Positions 41,039-51,844 of a stretch of 64,000 nt of DNA are shown here, piece after piece. The translations under genes were made by a program, and so were the position numbers. A model generated the notes under the pieces. It was not told the DNA's origin, searched no databases, and was given only the letters and a program-made list of their open reading frames with translations. Source of the DNA: Candidatus Tanganyikabacteria bacterium (GTDB lineage: Bacteria > Cyanobacteriota > Sericytochromatia > S15B-MN24 > VGJW01); NCBI GenBank assembly GCA_016867265.1, contig VGJW01000008.1, positions 458-64,457 of the forward strand. The letters are read 5' to 3'. Each line of letters opens with the position of its first letter. Positions within the stretch are counted from its first letter, which is position 1.

Positions 41039-41800
41039 ATGAACTTCAACCTGCGTGTCTGGCGTCAGGACGGCCCCCGTGCCGAGGGACGCTTCGTCGA
41101 CTACAAGGCCGAGAGCATCCCGGCAGACGCCTCGTTCCTCGAGATGATGGACATCGTCAACGAGGGCCTGATCGGGCGGGGCGAAGAACCCGTCGCCTTC
41201 GACCATGACTGCCGTGAGGGCATCTGCGGCTCGTGCTCGATGGTCATCAACGGCTCGGCCCATGGCCCGGTCAACAACGTCACGACCTGCGGCCTCTACA
41301 TGCGTCATTTCAAGGACGGGGACACCATCGTGGTAGAGCCCTTCCGTGCGGCAGCTTTCCCCGTCCTGAAGGACCTCGTGGTCGATCGATCGGCCCTCGA
41401 TCGCATCCAGCAGGCTGGCGGATTCATCACCGCCCGGGTGGGCTCGGCCCAGGACGGCAATGCCCTGCCCGTGCCCAGGCAGAATGCCGACCTCGCCATG
41501 GAGTCCGCGGCGTGCATCGGCTGCGGCGCCTGCGTGGCTGCCTGCCCCAACTCGTCGGCGATGCTGTTCGTCGGTGCCAAGGTCTCCCACCTGGCCCTGC
41601 TGCCCCAAGGGCAGGCCGAGCGCGAGTCGCGCGTCCTCGGTATGGTGCAGACCATGGATGAGGCCGGTTTCGGCGGCTGCAGCAACCACGGCGAATGCGA
41701 GGCCGTGTGTCCCGCAGGCATCCGCATCTCGGCCATCGGTCGCCTGAACCGCGAGTTCACCCGTGCAGCGGCCATCGCCGGAACGCGAGACGAGACCTGA
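41039..41800 (+). CDS. sdhB: succinate dehydrogenase iron-sulfur subunit
   Basis: 2Fe-2[17 protein letters not shown], 4Fe-4[13 protein letters not shown], 3Fe-4[13 protein letters not shown]. Confidence 0.95.
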   Translation: MNFNLRVWRQDGPRAEGRFVDYKAESIPADASFLEMMDIVNEGLIGRGEEPVAFDHDCREGICGSCSMVINGSAHGPVNNVTTCGLYMRHFKDGDTIVVEPFRAAAFPVLKDLVVDRSALDRIQQAGGFITARVGSAQDGNALPVPRQNADLAMESAACIGCGACVAACPNSSAMLFVGAKVSHLALLPQGQAERESRVLGMVQTMDEAGFGGCSNHGECEAVCPAGIRISAIGRLNREFTRAAAIAGTRDET

Positions 41801-41832
41801 AAATGGCTCGTCCCTGACGGAATCCTGATCAC

Positions 41833-44499
41833 GTGCTGACGGCACTCGCGCTGACCGTCCGGGTCATCGCGACCGCCGCCACCAACGGTGCACTGCATGA
41901 CCTGCCGCCACGCACGCACGCAGCCCAGCCTGCGGACGTCACCGTGCGCGCCTTCACGGACGATGTGGGGGCCCTCAAGCTGGGGTCCTGGTTCCTGTGG
42001 CGTCGCGATGGCGTGCTTACGCCCGCCGAGGCCCGCCGGGCCTTGCGCCAAGGACGTTGGACCATACGCACGGACGGCCTGCTGCGCGGGAACCGGAACC
42101 AGAGCTGGTGGACCGCGCCGGAACCCGGGGAAGCCCGTCAGCAGGGTGATCTCACGTGGTGCACCCTCGAGGATGCGGAGCACGGCGTCTGGGAGTTGGT
42201 GACGGATGCTGCGACAACGTCGTGGCCGGACTGGGCGCAGCCCCCCGAGGCGTGGACGCCGGTCTGGGCCACGCGCCTCGAAGGCCTGAGGCAACAGCGC
42301 CCCTATCGGGCGATGGCCTTCGGGGAGACACGCGGGGGAACGGCACTCGAGACACAAGCCTCCCGCGCGGCCTCTTCCGCCATCCGGGTTGACCTGGGCA
42401 ACCATGTGGACAACATCAATGACGACTGGCGGCGCGCGGGATTGCCCGACACGCTCCATCGGCTCGAACAGCATCCCCTGGCCGCCCTGGTGCCTTGGAA
42501 GTTCGAGCTGCGCCTACCCCTTCAGGACCAGCGTCGCCTCGCCGGCAACACCCCCCTGCTCGCAGCCAACCTGATTCCCCCGCCGGACGTGACGGTCCAC
42601 CCGTGGCGCATCGTCCGCTACGGAAGCATCACCGTCGGCCTTGTCGGGGCAGCGGATGCCCGCTACCTGGGTCGCTATGGTCTGGTCGACGGTCGCGCGC
42701 CCTGGCGCAGCAAGCCTGCCGTCCCCGCCATCCGTGAGGCCGTCGACGCCGCGCGGGCCGCCGGCGCCACGACTGTTCTGCTGCTGACCAACATGGACGA
42801 CACTCAGGTCGATGACCTGGATCGCGAGGTGCCCGGATGCACCGCCATCCTGCGGGCCCAGCCCGAGAGCCAGACGGATCCGCTGGAGCGCACCGCGACT
42901 CGGCCCGATGGCGCATCCCAGCCCCAGCGCGCGTGGCTGCGGGCGGGTGCCGATCAGGACCGGCTGCTGCAACTGGACCTGACGTTCTCGGAAGAGGGAG
43001 CACCGGCAAGCATTACCTCGCGCATCCGTCCCATCACGAGCCGGATCAGCCCACCGGATGCCTCGCTGGCGTGGCAGGCATGGACCCACCGCAGCGCCTT
43101 CATCGAGCCTCGACGTGCCTTGATCCTGCCGGGTCGTCGGCGGCTGGAAGACACGGAAGAGGGGGCCTACAGTCCTGAGGACTGGGGCAATCTGCTGGCC
43201 GCCACCGTCCGCGCCGCCACCGGGACCGAGCTGGCACTGGTGCCGCGCCGCAGACGAGGCCTGGTCGCGACGGGGGACATCCCGGATTACATTGCCGAGG
43301 ACTGGGTGCCCGCCAACCTGCAACTGTTGCGCGGCCAAATCTCGGGCCGCCAGTTGCGCAACCTCGTCCGACGCCGTGATCTGGCCGGCACCTGGGCGAT
43401 CGCGGGTACCGACGCGGATGCGGGTCGCGTGGCCGGCAGGCCCCTGCTGGACGACGAAATCTACAGCCTCGTCACCACGGACTCCTTTGCGCACGGAGCC
43501 GCCTTCCAGGGCCTGTTCCGGGGCACATTCACGCCCATCCAGGCAGGCGATGGCGACGGTGACGGACAAACTGAGTTGCAGGACGTGGTGCTCTCCCGCT
43601 GGCGGGCGGCCGCAGCCCGGGGCTGGGCTGGCACGGCCCACCTTGGCCAGATCCGCGCATGGCTGCATGACGATGGCGCGACGATCGAGCCGCAATGGCG
43701 CCTGTCACTGCAGCCGATCGAGCTCAACGGCCAACAACTGACTGGCCAGAATCGCACGGCCTTTGTCGGGGCGCGCAACGCCCTCGTCACGGCACCCGAG
43801 GCCCAGGCCTTGCGCGCCCGCTTCAAGGGCCAGGCCCACTACGAAGACCACCGGCTGGTGTGGGACACCACGACCTCCCTGCTCTGGGACCAGTCCACGA
43901 TCACGGGGGCAGGCCAGAACACCGTCCGGCGCGACAGCAACGAAGCCCGTGTCGGCAGCGAGGTCCGAGGGCGTCCGGCAGCACCGGAGGGAGGCGTGGT
44001 GCCCTTCCTGAACGGCGGCTACGCCACGGATCTGGTCCCGGGCACCAACGCCTCGACGGGCCTCGTCAACCCGCGCAGGCAGGACGTGACGGCGGGTGCC
44101 GGCCTGGTATGGACAAGCAACGGGATGTTCAAGGAGGCCCGGCTCGGCGCCAGTACCCGGCGCGACTTCTCGGTCACGGACCGCGTTCCGGAACCCGGCT
44201 ACCAGGCTGGCCTCGCCCTGCAATGGCCCCTGTCCTCCGGTCGCGTGACGCTGGATGTGGATGCGCGTGGCTTCGGACCGACCCCCCAGGATACGGAAGC
44301 GGACCTCGGTCTCCTCTGCCAGGTAGGCATTGCCTACCGACAGCCCGTGGCCGAGGGCCTCGAACTGCGGGTCGGCGTCGACAGCCTGCTCTTCCAGGGC
44401 AAGGTCGACGCGACCCGGACTCTGGGCAGCACGGTCACACCCAGCATCGGCCTTTCGTGGCAAGCCAATTGGAAGCCGGTGCAAGGCGTCGCCTGGTAA
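41833..44499 (+). CDS. large hypothetical protein; C-terminal ~300 aa outer-membrane beta-barrel-like
   Basis: 888-aa ORF with GTG start. Trp-rich N-terminal half. C-terminal alternating strands ending ...KPVQGVAW (aromatic terminus). Confidence 0.5.
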   Translation: MLTALALTVRVIATAATNGALHDLPPRTHAAQPADVTVRAFTDDVGALKLGSWFLWRRDGVLTPAEARRALRQGRWTIRTDGLLRGNRNQSWWTAPEPGEARQQGDLTWCTLEDAEHGVWELVTDAATTSWPDWAQPPEAWTPVWATRLEGLRQQRPYRAMAFGETRGGTALETQASRAASSAIRVDLGNHVDNINDDWRRAGLPDTLHRLEQHPLAALVPWKFELRLPLQDQRRLAGNTPLLAANLIPPPDVTVHPWRIVRYGSITVGLVGAADARYLGRYGLVDGRAPWRSKPAVPAIREAVDAARAAGATTVLLLTNMDDTQVDDLDREVPGCTAILRAQPESQTDPLERTATRPDGASQPQRAWLRAGADQDRLLQLDLTFSEEGAPASITSRIRPITSRISPPDASLAWQAWTHRSAFIEPRRALILPGRRRLEDTEEGAYSPEDWGNLLAATVRAATGTELALVPRRRRGLVATGDIPDYIAEDWVPANLQLLRGQISGRQLRNLVRRRDLAGTWAIAGTDADAGRVAGRPLLDDEIYSLVTTDSFAHGAAFQGLFRGTFTPIQAGDGDGDGQTELQDVVLSRWRAAAARGWAGTAHLGQIRAWLHDDGATIEPQWRLSLQPIELNGQQLTGQNRTAFVGARNALVTAPEAQALRARFKGQAHYEDHRLVWDTTTSLLWDQSTITGAGQNTVRRDSNEARVGSEVRGRPAAPEGGVVPFLNGGYATDLVPGTNASTGLVNPRRQDVTAGAGLVWTSNGMFKEARLGASTRRDFSVTDRVPEPGYQAGLALQWPLSSGRVTLDVDARGFGPTPQDTEADLGLLCQVGIAYRQPVAEGLELRVGVDSLLFQGKVDATRTLGSTVTPSIGLSWQANWKPVQGVAW

Positions 44500-44505
44500 C
44501 AGGCG

Positions 44506-47271
44506 CTATCCGGGCACCAGCTCGAACCAGCGCACCCCGGCCAACAAGTCATTCCTGCCGACGACCCGGGCACCCGGCAACAAGCGACGAATCCACGCCA
44601 CCTGCGCCGCCGTCGCACCGTCGAGGCCCACGAACGGCGGCTGGCCCAGCCCGGCAAAGGCGGACAGGGCCGTCTCGATGCCTTCGCGGACATCGGCAGG
44701 CAAGGCCTGCCGCAGCATCGGTGCCGGCGCACCGGCCAGCTCGCTGGCCGCGAGGTCCCGCCAGCGATTGGGCCACGGCAGCACGGCGATCCAGCCCGGA
44801 TCCAGGTCCCGACGGCCCACGCGCCACGAGGCAAGGCGCGCCTGCAGCTCGGCCAGCAACTGCGCCGTCGTCCAGCGATGCCAACGGGCCATGTCGAGGG
44901 TATCCCTCACGACGACGGGATCGCCCAGCCAGAAGCCCGCCTCGAGCAGACCGCGCACACCCGCGAAGGCCCGGCCGATGTCGGCCTCGGCGCGATCGCC
45001 GGAAAGGCCCAGCCAGTCCTTCAAGGCATCCGTGGGCACGACATGGCTCGCAACCGCATCCCACGACTCGCGGGCAGCTTCATGCACGACGCTCCAGACA
45101 GGCAGCACGCGATGCCCGCGTGCGCGCAAATCTGCCAAGTAGGGGTCTGTCTTCTCCACCCAACGCCCGGCGGCCTCACCCACCGACGTCGGCGTGCGTC
45201 CCTTGGGGGGCACGACCCAGAACCAGGCATCCGGATCGCGGCCGAGCGTCTCCTCGAGCACGAGTTGACCACCCACGCGTACCCGGAAATCCAGAGGGCC
45301 CAGGCCCTTGCCCTCGCCAACGAAAACGGGATGCGGAATCCACGGCGCCAGGCCCGCACCCTCGATGCGTCCCTCGTCGAAGGACAAGGCGCGCGCGGCG
45401 AGCAAGGCTCCCCCTTCGACGGCCAGCAGGGGCTCCGCGCGATCGCGGGCCGCGTCGGCAAGACTGGCCACCAGCTCGGTGACGGGCTGCCGCCACGCGG
45501 CGACCCGGCGCTCCCGGGCAGCCACGGCCTGGCCATCCGAACGACGCGGTACCCCGGACTGATCGAGGAAGTCCCGCATGACCTCGTGACCGAGGCACGC
45601 GCATGTTGCCAGCGCCGGCCGAGGACAGCGATGCACGGCCTCGAGCAGGGGGGGAATCCACGGATCCGGCATGACCCGGCCCTCTTCATCGTCATCCAGG
45701 CACAGGCGCCAGGACATCTCACCAGTTCGGCGAAGCAGGCGCACAGTCCGGTTGTCGAGGCCAGTTCCACGCCCGAGGCGGTCCCGGGAAACTGTCAGCG
45801 TAAGCGCGACCCAGGGCACCAGCAAGCGGGCCTCAAGGGCCACCAGACCCTTGGGGGGACTTGGACGCGCCGCAGTGAGACCCTGCAGGGCAGCCAGGCG
45901 ACCGGGCACGTCGTCTTCGCCGCCGGCCGCGACTTCGAACAGCAGTTGCCAGCCGGCGCTGTCCTTGGGAAAGGTGCCCCCCAGGCGCAGGACCTGCTGC
46001 AGGGCCTGGACCAAGACACCTGTCGGCCAGGGCCACGGCAAGGCCGTACCCCACCAACCCGTCTCGCCCAGCCAATTCCCCGCCAAGACCGGCAGCGTCT
46101 CGCTGTCCAGCACCGAACCCGGCAGCCGGTTCCAGACAACATCGAAGGGCTCGAGCAGGACCGGTTCGGGCGGCACCCCGGGTTCGTGAACGATCGTGCC
46201 TCGCCACGCCAGGCGTCCACGGACAGCCCAGGCCGCCTCCCACGGATCGAGGTCCGCGGACTCATGCAAGGGCAGCGACTGCACGGCATAACCTGACTGG
46301 CGGATGATGCGCGCCGCCGAGTTGCCCAAGCCCGGACGCCCCTGCATGGTGTCCCAGAGACCACGACCAAGGAGCAACTGAATCGGAGGAACCAGCGTCC
46401 GCGGCTCTTCGGGCACGGGTGGCCGGACTTCGTCCAGAGGCTCCGGCAAGTTCTGGCGCAGCGTGCGAAGGTCGCGATGCATCGCGACCAGGTCCGGGTC
46501 GTCGTCATCCTCGCTGGTCTGCGCCCCGAGCAGGGCATCGGCAACGCGGGCCGCGCCCAATGCATCCTCGATGAGCAAGTGATGGCGGACGACCTCGAGC
46601 CCCTCCTCAAGCCAGGATCGTCGGACCCGGGAACGCCACTCGGGCCGCCCACCGGCTCGGGTCCAGACCCGCTCGAGTATGACCAGCGCCTGCCGGGCGT
46701 GCTTGCGGGCATCCCGCGCTTCGCCATGCTTCTGGGCGTGCAGGCTCAGCAGGCGGCGGACGCGCGAACACCAGACGCCGGCCCGCGCCCCCTCGCTAAC
46801 GGGACCGAAGGGAAGCACCCCGCGCTCGGCCAGTACAAGCAGGTCCTCGAGCACGTCATGCGCCAGGCTGCGCCCGGCCTCTGCCCGGCGGTAACACCAG
46901 CCCCAGATATCGTTGAGCTCGCCCATGTCCGGCATCGGCCAGCGCTCGGCCGGCCACGCGGCCGCGAGGCCCAGAGGCGTGCGCATCTCGGTCCCCAGGT
47001 CCAGTTGCAACCGCTCGAAGAGCCGATGCGCCTGGCAGCGGCAGAGGGGATCGACCGGGTCCGGGCAGCGCCCGACCGTCCACGCGAGGCGCCAGCCTTC
47101 GTGCTCCAGAAGGGGCCACGCCCGGCGCTGCATCGCGAGACCGAACCACCAACGCGAACATCCGACGCAAGCGCCCAGCCACATGGTCTCCGCGCGCGGC
47201 CCATCGATCTGCCGTCGCAACCGGGCAAGGGCGACGACCCGGCCATCCGTGCACGTGGGGCACGGCATGCG
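44506..47271 (-). CDS. large hypothetical protein with N-terminal Cys-cluster (Zn-ribbon-like)
   Basis: ATG 47271 (MPCPTCTDG...). Further Cys pairs (CVGC; CRCQAH). Trp-rich ~920 aa with no other recognisable domain. Confidence 0.5.
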   Translation of the reverse strand, partial: RMPCPTCTDGRVVALARLRRQIDGPRAETMWLGACVGCSRWWFGLAMQRRAWPLLEHEGWRLAWTVGRCPDPVDPLCRCQAHRLFERLQLDLGTEMRTPLGLAAAWPAERWPMPDMGELNDIWGWCYRRAEAGRSLAHDVLEDLLVLAERGVLPFGPVSEGARAGVWCSRVRRLLSLHAQKHGEARDARKHARQALVILERVWTRAGGRPEWRSRVRRSWLEEGLEVVRHHLLIEDALGAARVADALLGAQTSEDDDDPDLVAMHRDLRTLRQNLPEPLDEVRPPVPEEPRTLVPPIQLLLGRGLWDTMQGRPGLGNSAARIIRQSGYAVQSLPLHESADLDPWEAAWAVRGRLAWRGTIVHEPGVPPEPVLLEPFDVVWNRLPGSVLDSETLPVLAGNWLGETGWWGTALPWPWPTGVLVQALQQVLRLGGTFPKDSAGWQLLFEVAAGGEDDVPGRLAALQGLTAARPSPPKGLVALEARLLVPWVALTLTVSRDRLGRGTGLDNRTVRLLRRTGEMSWRLCLDDDEEGRVMPDPWIPPLLEAVHRCPRPALATCACLGHEVMRDFLDQSGVPRRSDGQAVAARERRVAAWRQPVTELVASLADAARDRAEPLLAVEGGALLAARALSFDEGRIEGAGLAPWIPHPVFVGEGKGLGPLDFRVRVGGQLVLEETLGRDPDAWFWVVPPKGRTPTSVGEAAGRWVEKTDPYLADLRARGHRVLPVWSVVHEAARESWDAVASHVVPTDALKDWLGLSGDRAEADIGRAFAGVRGLLEAGFWLGDPVVVRDTLDMARWHRWTTAQLLAELQARLASWRVGRRDLDPGWIAVLPWPNRWRDLAASELAGAPAPMLRQALPADVREGIETALSAFAGLGQPPFVGLDGATAAQVAWIRRLLPGARVVGRNDLLAGVRWFELVPG

Positions 47272-47422
47272 ATGAATCCGCCGCGAAGGGTCGACTGCGC
47301 CCGATGGCGCAACCTTCGCGCGATCCCCGTGGTCCATGTACCGCACGCTCCCATCCTACCCCACGGCCCGGTCGCTGCCTTGCCTCCGTGGCACGCCCCG
47401 CCATCGCGGGTACGACAAGACC

Positions 47423-49576
47423 ATGCCCCCGACTCCTGCAGGCCCCATCCGTCTCTCCGCCGCGCCAACGGTACCCGCCCCATCGGGACGCATACCGGCT
47501 GGCACGGGCCCCTTGCCACCCGCTGAACTGGACCGCTGGGTCGCCGGCGGCAGCGTCAATCGTGACGGTGTTCGGGCAGAGGGCGACGGACGCTCGGGCA
47601 TCCTGTCGCTTTCGGGAACCCGGGTTGGCGACCTGATGGACAAGGTTGCCTCCCGTCTGGGCGACCAGGTGCTGTACCGCGACTACGGGGTGCGTCCCCC
47701 CAGCCTGTCACTGGGGGGTCCCGGTGGCGTCGGCTTTGGCCTCCGCGTCCGGGCCCTGCGCGACACGGACGGCAGGGTGCAGGACGATCCCCATCGACGG
47801 GAGACGAGCCGGCGGATGGCCGAGGCTGGCACACCCGTGACGTGGGCGGAGGTCCGCGGGGCCGTCGAGCCTTGGGCCGGCTACCCCTTCTCGATTCCGG
47901 CCCTGGGTGCCGGCGCGACGGTCGGCTTCACGACCGATGGCTCCGTTGCGCTGTCCGTGCTCTCGCCCCACCGCCACCCCGTCCGGCAGGCCGTGGCCGA
48001 CCTGGGCCTCCACCTCCCCTTCCGTGCCGAGGAAGCGATGGCCTACGCCGAGGGCACCGAGGTCGAGCTGCGGGGACGGGGACGCCTTGCGGTGAGTGCG
48101 GGCGCCCGCCTTTCCGACCATGTCGTGCCCTTGGCGGGGGCGTGGGACCTGGGTGTCTCGGTGGGCATCGACACCTACAGATCCCGCGATATGGAGCTGG
48201 CCCTCAAGGTCAAGCGCCTGGATGGCAACCGTGTCGCCGTCTCCGTCGAAGAGGTCACGAGCCGGGGTGAGGGCACGGCCTTGTCCGCGCGCGCCGGCCT
48301 GTCGGGACCCGTGCCGCAGCTACCCGAAAAGGGCGGCGCTGCCGGCGAACTCGCCCGCAAGTCGCTGACGACACAAGCGCAACGCTGGCTCAATGCAGAG
48401 GCCTCGATCGCCGTGTCGGAACGGACGGCTAACCGTGAGATCCAGACCTTCGTCATGGATTTGGACACGCCGGCTGGCAAGCACGCCTATGAGGCAGCCC
48501 TGGCCCTCGACCTGCGCCCCGCCCAGAAGGCGGCGGCCCAGGGCGACCCAGCCCTGCGCGCCATCACCTACAACGAGCAGGCCAAGACGGATAGGAGGGA
48601 TATCGATGCCCGCGTCGGCGGCCTGACCCTGCTCGACGACGAACGCCAGGTCGAGACCGGCCATGGCCGGCTGACCCGGCCAGAAGGCGTCATGGTCGTG
48701 GATCGTGCCGACCTGCTGCACGCCCACGAGGACATCGTCACCCGCTGGTTCTCGGGCCGCAAGCGCACGGAACGACAACTGCTCTCCGTCACGCCCGAAT
48801 CCGGGGGAACCCGGGAGACCTGGTTGCGCAGCAAGCAGGAAATCAAGGTCGATCTCAACACGACCGAAGGGGCTGTCCGCCGCTTCCTGGTGCTGGCACG
48901 ACATCTCGACCTGCGGCAGAGCGCGGACGGACTGGAGAACGACGAGAAGACGCTGGACGCCTTTGGCAAGTCGGAGCGGCGCGTCGAGGCCTATGTCACG
49001 GCCGAGGGCCTTGAGCGGCTCTATCAAGCCGCCCCCGACCGGATTCGCGAAGCCTTTGCCACGGCCTACGAAGAGATCGACCGCCCGTGGGATCAACCGG
49101 TGCTCTTCGACAGTCAGAAGGCCTCGATCTGGCGTCGGACCCCTTGGCTCGCCACGGCGCACGCGGACCACAGCGAGGTCATGGCCCTGCTGCGGCAAGG
49201 TCCCCAGCCCAATGGCCCCGGCAACGAGGGGCCAACGCCGGACCAGCGTTACGCGAACCTGACGGGCAGGCCACTCTGGCAGGATGCCGAGGCATGGCGC
49301 GAGAGCGAACGCCTGGTGGATCTGCTTGGCAAGATGCGCGAGGCGGGACCCGCCGAGCGGGCCCGGCTGCTGGCCGGTCTTGCCAAGGAAATGGACACGG
49401 ACCTGGCTCGGGAGCTGTCGACGATGGCCCGGCTTGCCGGCCCCGAGACCGTCATCGTGCCCGAGATGCGGCTGTCCGGACCCAAGGCGCCCGATCTGCT
49501 GTACCGTCGTGGCGACGCGCCCCGGGATCCGCGCAAGGAAATCGACGCCGCCATCCGCGGCCACCGCACGCCCTGA
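47423..49576 (+). CDS. large hypothetical protein
   Basis: 717 aa from ATG 47423 within ORF 47336..49576. Divergent from the Cys-cluster gene. No motif recognised. Confidence 0.45.
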   Translation: MPPTPAGPIRLSAAPTVPAPSGRIPAGTGPLPPAELDRWVAGGSVNRDGVRAEGDGRSGILSLSGTRVGDLMDKVASRLGDQVLYRDYGVRPPSLSLGGPGGVGFGLRVRALRDTDGRVQDDPHRRETSRRMAEAGTPVTWAEVRGAVEPWAGYPFSIPALGAGATVGFTTDGSVALSVLSPHRHPVRQAVADLGLHLPFRAEEAMAYAEGTEVELRGRGRLAVSAGARLSDHVVPLAGAWDLGVSVGIDTYRSRDMELALKVKRLDGNRVAVSVEEVTSRGEGTALSARAGLSGPVPQLPEKGGAAGELARKSLTTQAQRWLNAEASIAVSERTANREIQTFVMDLDTPAGKHAYEAALALDLRPAQKAAAQGDPALRAITYNEQAKTDRRDIDARVGGLTLLDDERQVETGHGRLTRPEGVMVVDRADLLHAHEDIVTRWFSGRKRTERQLLSVTPESGGTRETWLRSKQEIKVDLNTTEGAVRRFLVLARHLDLRQSADGLENDEKTLDAFGKSERRVEAYVTAEGLERLYQAAPDRIREAFATAYEEIDRPWDQPVLFDSQKASIWRRTPWLATAHADHSEVMALLRQGPQPNGPGNEGPTPDQRYANLTGRPLWQDAEAWRESERLVDLLGKMREAGPAERARLLAGLAKEMDTDLARELSTMARLAGPETVIVPEMRLSGPKAPDLLYRRGDAPRDPRKEIDAAIRGHRTP

Positions 49577-49591
49577 TCAGGGCGTCGTCGC

Positions 49592-51844
49592 CTACTCGGG
49601 AATCACCACCCGGCACGTCCGGACCTCGCCTTGGGCCGTCCGCCAGATGGCACGCACGCCCGAGGCATCTTGGGCCAAGCGGGTTGCATTGCCTTCGTCC
49701 GCCAATGGCTGGACCTGCGACACGACCAGCGTGAGACTGCCGGCATCGACCCGCTTGGCCCGGACCCACACGACAACGGGACGATACCCTTTGCCATCCG
49801 GGCGTCGGATGGTCGCACCGACCAGCAGGGCCTCCCCGAAGGGCACGATGGAGGGTGTGTGCTGGATGGGATCGACCAAGGCATCACCGACGCCGATGAG
49901 CGGAATCGGTCCGGGCAAATCACCGAAGCGCATGGACTCCGAGGCCTGTGGCGCATCTGGCTCGAGGTCGGCCGGCAGGCCTCCCGGATGCGCGAAGCCA
50001 CGGACATGGAGCTGGTATTCGCCGGAACCGGGCGCCACGGAAACCAGCCAGGCACCGCCGTCCGGCCTGGGCGCCATCGCCGGCAGCCGAGGCCCCGAGG
50101 TCACGCCGAGCACGTTGGTAGCCACCACGCTACCCGCGGCATCGACGAGGGCACGCACGATCATGCGCTGGCCGCTACCGGCCGAGGCAGCGGTGCCATA
50201 GGCCCACAGCAGATAGCCCGCCCCCCAGGGCACAGCCGCGATACGCTCGCTCGAAGGGGCATCGAAGTTCATGCCCGAGCCGTCCGAGAAGCCGAAGCCG
50301 CCGCTGCCAAGAAAGGCCAAGCGTCCCCCGGCCGTCTCGAAGGCATGGGTACGCAGGCGCCACGAGAGCCCCGCGCGTGCAAGGCAGACAAGCAGGACCC
50401 GCGTGCCCCTCACCATCACGGTACCCAGGCGCAGATCCTCTCCCTCGCGCGAGATTCTTACGGTCCGATCCTCGACACCCGTTGGTTGACGGCCATCCGG
50501 ATCAAGCAGGCCGATGGTCACGGAACCGGTTGCCACGGACTCGGGCGTCCTTGTTGCGAGGACCACATAGGGACCGACACGCGCGAGGGCCATGGCCTGT
50601 TCGCCCGGGGACGTGTCGATGACATAGGCGACGGTCTGACCCTGACGTCCATCTGCGGCTATCGGCTGCAAGGCAATCGTCTGAGCGCCGCTGAAGGCCA
50701 GCGGCTCCCAAGCCGCAAGCCAACCCTCGGCGGTATCGACGAGCATGACACCCCGATCCGCTTGGCTGCTTCCGGTAGCCATCGACCACAAGGGGGGAGC
50801 CGCGAAGCCGACCCGCAGGTCGCCCGTCGCCACGAGACGACCCGAAGTCACGGTCAGGAGACCATCACCCGAGGTCACAGGCCGCCAGACACCATCCGGG
50901 GAGGCACCCTCGCCAGTCAACTCCACCCGTGCCGCCTCCGATGGCAGCCATTCTGGGGAGCCGCTCCCGACCACACCCGTGGGGGCGAATGGAAACTCCC
51001 CGCCCGACCACCCGTAGAGGCGCCCGTCGATGGGCCAAGGCCGCATGTCACCCGTCGCCACGAAGCCTACGGAGGACAAGGGCCGAAAAGACAATGCCTG
51101 CAGATTCGGCACGCCGTCGACCCGGACCGTCACCGTGCCCTCGGTCGTACCCTCGGGCACCGTCACCTCGAGGGCATCCGTGGCAGCCTTGGCGACCTGC
51201 TCTGCGGCACCCGTGAAGGACACGCTCACGGAACGACTGGCCGTGACGGGAAACGAGCCCTCGAGGACGAGCTTGGCTCCCGGCCCCGCAACAGCCGGGC
51301 GCAAGCGCGTCAGGACAGGCCGGAAGAGCGGCTCGAGCAACAAGCTGACGGGTGTCCTTACATGCGGTGCGGTCGTGATCCCTTCAGTTCGCCCCCTGGC
51401 CACCACCACGCCATCCCCGTCGCGCGCCTCGGCTTCGAGGACCAGATTGGTTCCCGTCCGGGCCGACATGGTGGCCTCGGCAACGGCCACGCCCGGCTGG
51501 CGAAGCAGCAAGGCCCGGCCACGCTCGACACCGGCCGAGGTCGAAAGCACCAGATCGAGTCGATCCGTGCTGCGCGGCAACAGTTGCACCGCACGGCCGG
51601 ACTCGGGCCAGCGGACGCGAACCAGCAGTTCGCCTTCGGAGGCGGACAGCCAGGCAGCTTCGGGCTGCGCGGCCTCATCCGGGACGACGCCCCCTGCTAC
51701 GGCAGCCTTGGTGTCCACGGATCCCGGTTGGGCAACGGCGGACGCGGCCCGGCTGGCCTGGCTGGCCAGAGGCGCAGTGGGCAGGGCTTGGCAGGCCGCC
51801 AGAAGCAGCACGGGCAGGAAGGCGCGCGAAGTACGGAGCATCAC
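49592..51844 (-). CDS. large secreted lipoprotein (IPT/beta-rich)
   Basis: Lipobox VLLLAACQA. Start overlaps the stop of the upstream paralog (GTGATG). Beta-rich repeats. Confidence 0.55.
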   Translation of the reverse strand: MMLRTSRAFLPVLLLAACQALPTAPLASQASRAASAVAQPGSVDTKAAVAGGVVPDEAAQPEAAWLSASEGELLVRVRWPESGRAVQLLPRSTDRLDLVLSTSAGVERGRALLLRQPGVAVAEATMSARTGTNLVLEAEARDGDGVVVARGRTEGITTAPHVRTPVSLLLEPLFRPVLTRLRPAVAGPGAKLVLEGSFPVTASRSVSVSFTGAAEQVAKAATDALEVTVPEGTTEGTVTVRVDGVPNLQALSFRPLSSVGFVATGDMRPWPIDGRLYGWSGGEFPFAPTGVVGSGSPEWLPSEAARVELTGEGASPDGVWRPVTSGDGLLTVTSGRLVATGDLRVGFAAPPLWSMATGSSQADRGVMLVDTAEGWLAAWEPLAFSGAQTIALQPIAADGRQGQTVAYVIDTSPGEQAMALARVGPYVVLATRTPESVATGSVTIGLLDPDGRQPTGVEDRTVRISREGEDLRLGTVMVRGTRVLLVCLARAGLSWRLRTHAFETAGGRLAFLGSGGFGFSDGSGMNFDAPSSERIAAVPWGAGYLLWAYGTAASAGSGQRMIVRALVDAAGSVVATNVLGVTSGPRLPAMAPRPDGGAWLVSVAPGSGEYQLHVRGFAHPGGLPADLEPDAPQASESMRFGDLPGPIPLIGVGDALVDPIQHTPSIVPFGEALLVGATIRRPDGKGYRPVVVWVRAKRVDAGSLTLVVSQVQPLADEGNATRLAQDASGVRAIWRTAQGEVRTCRVVIPE

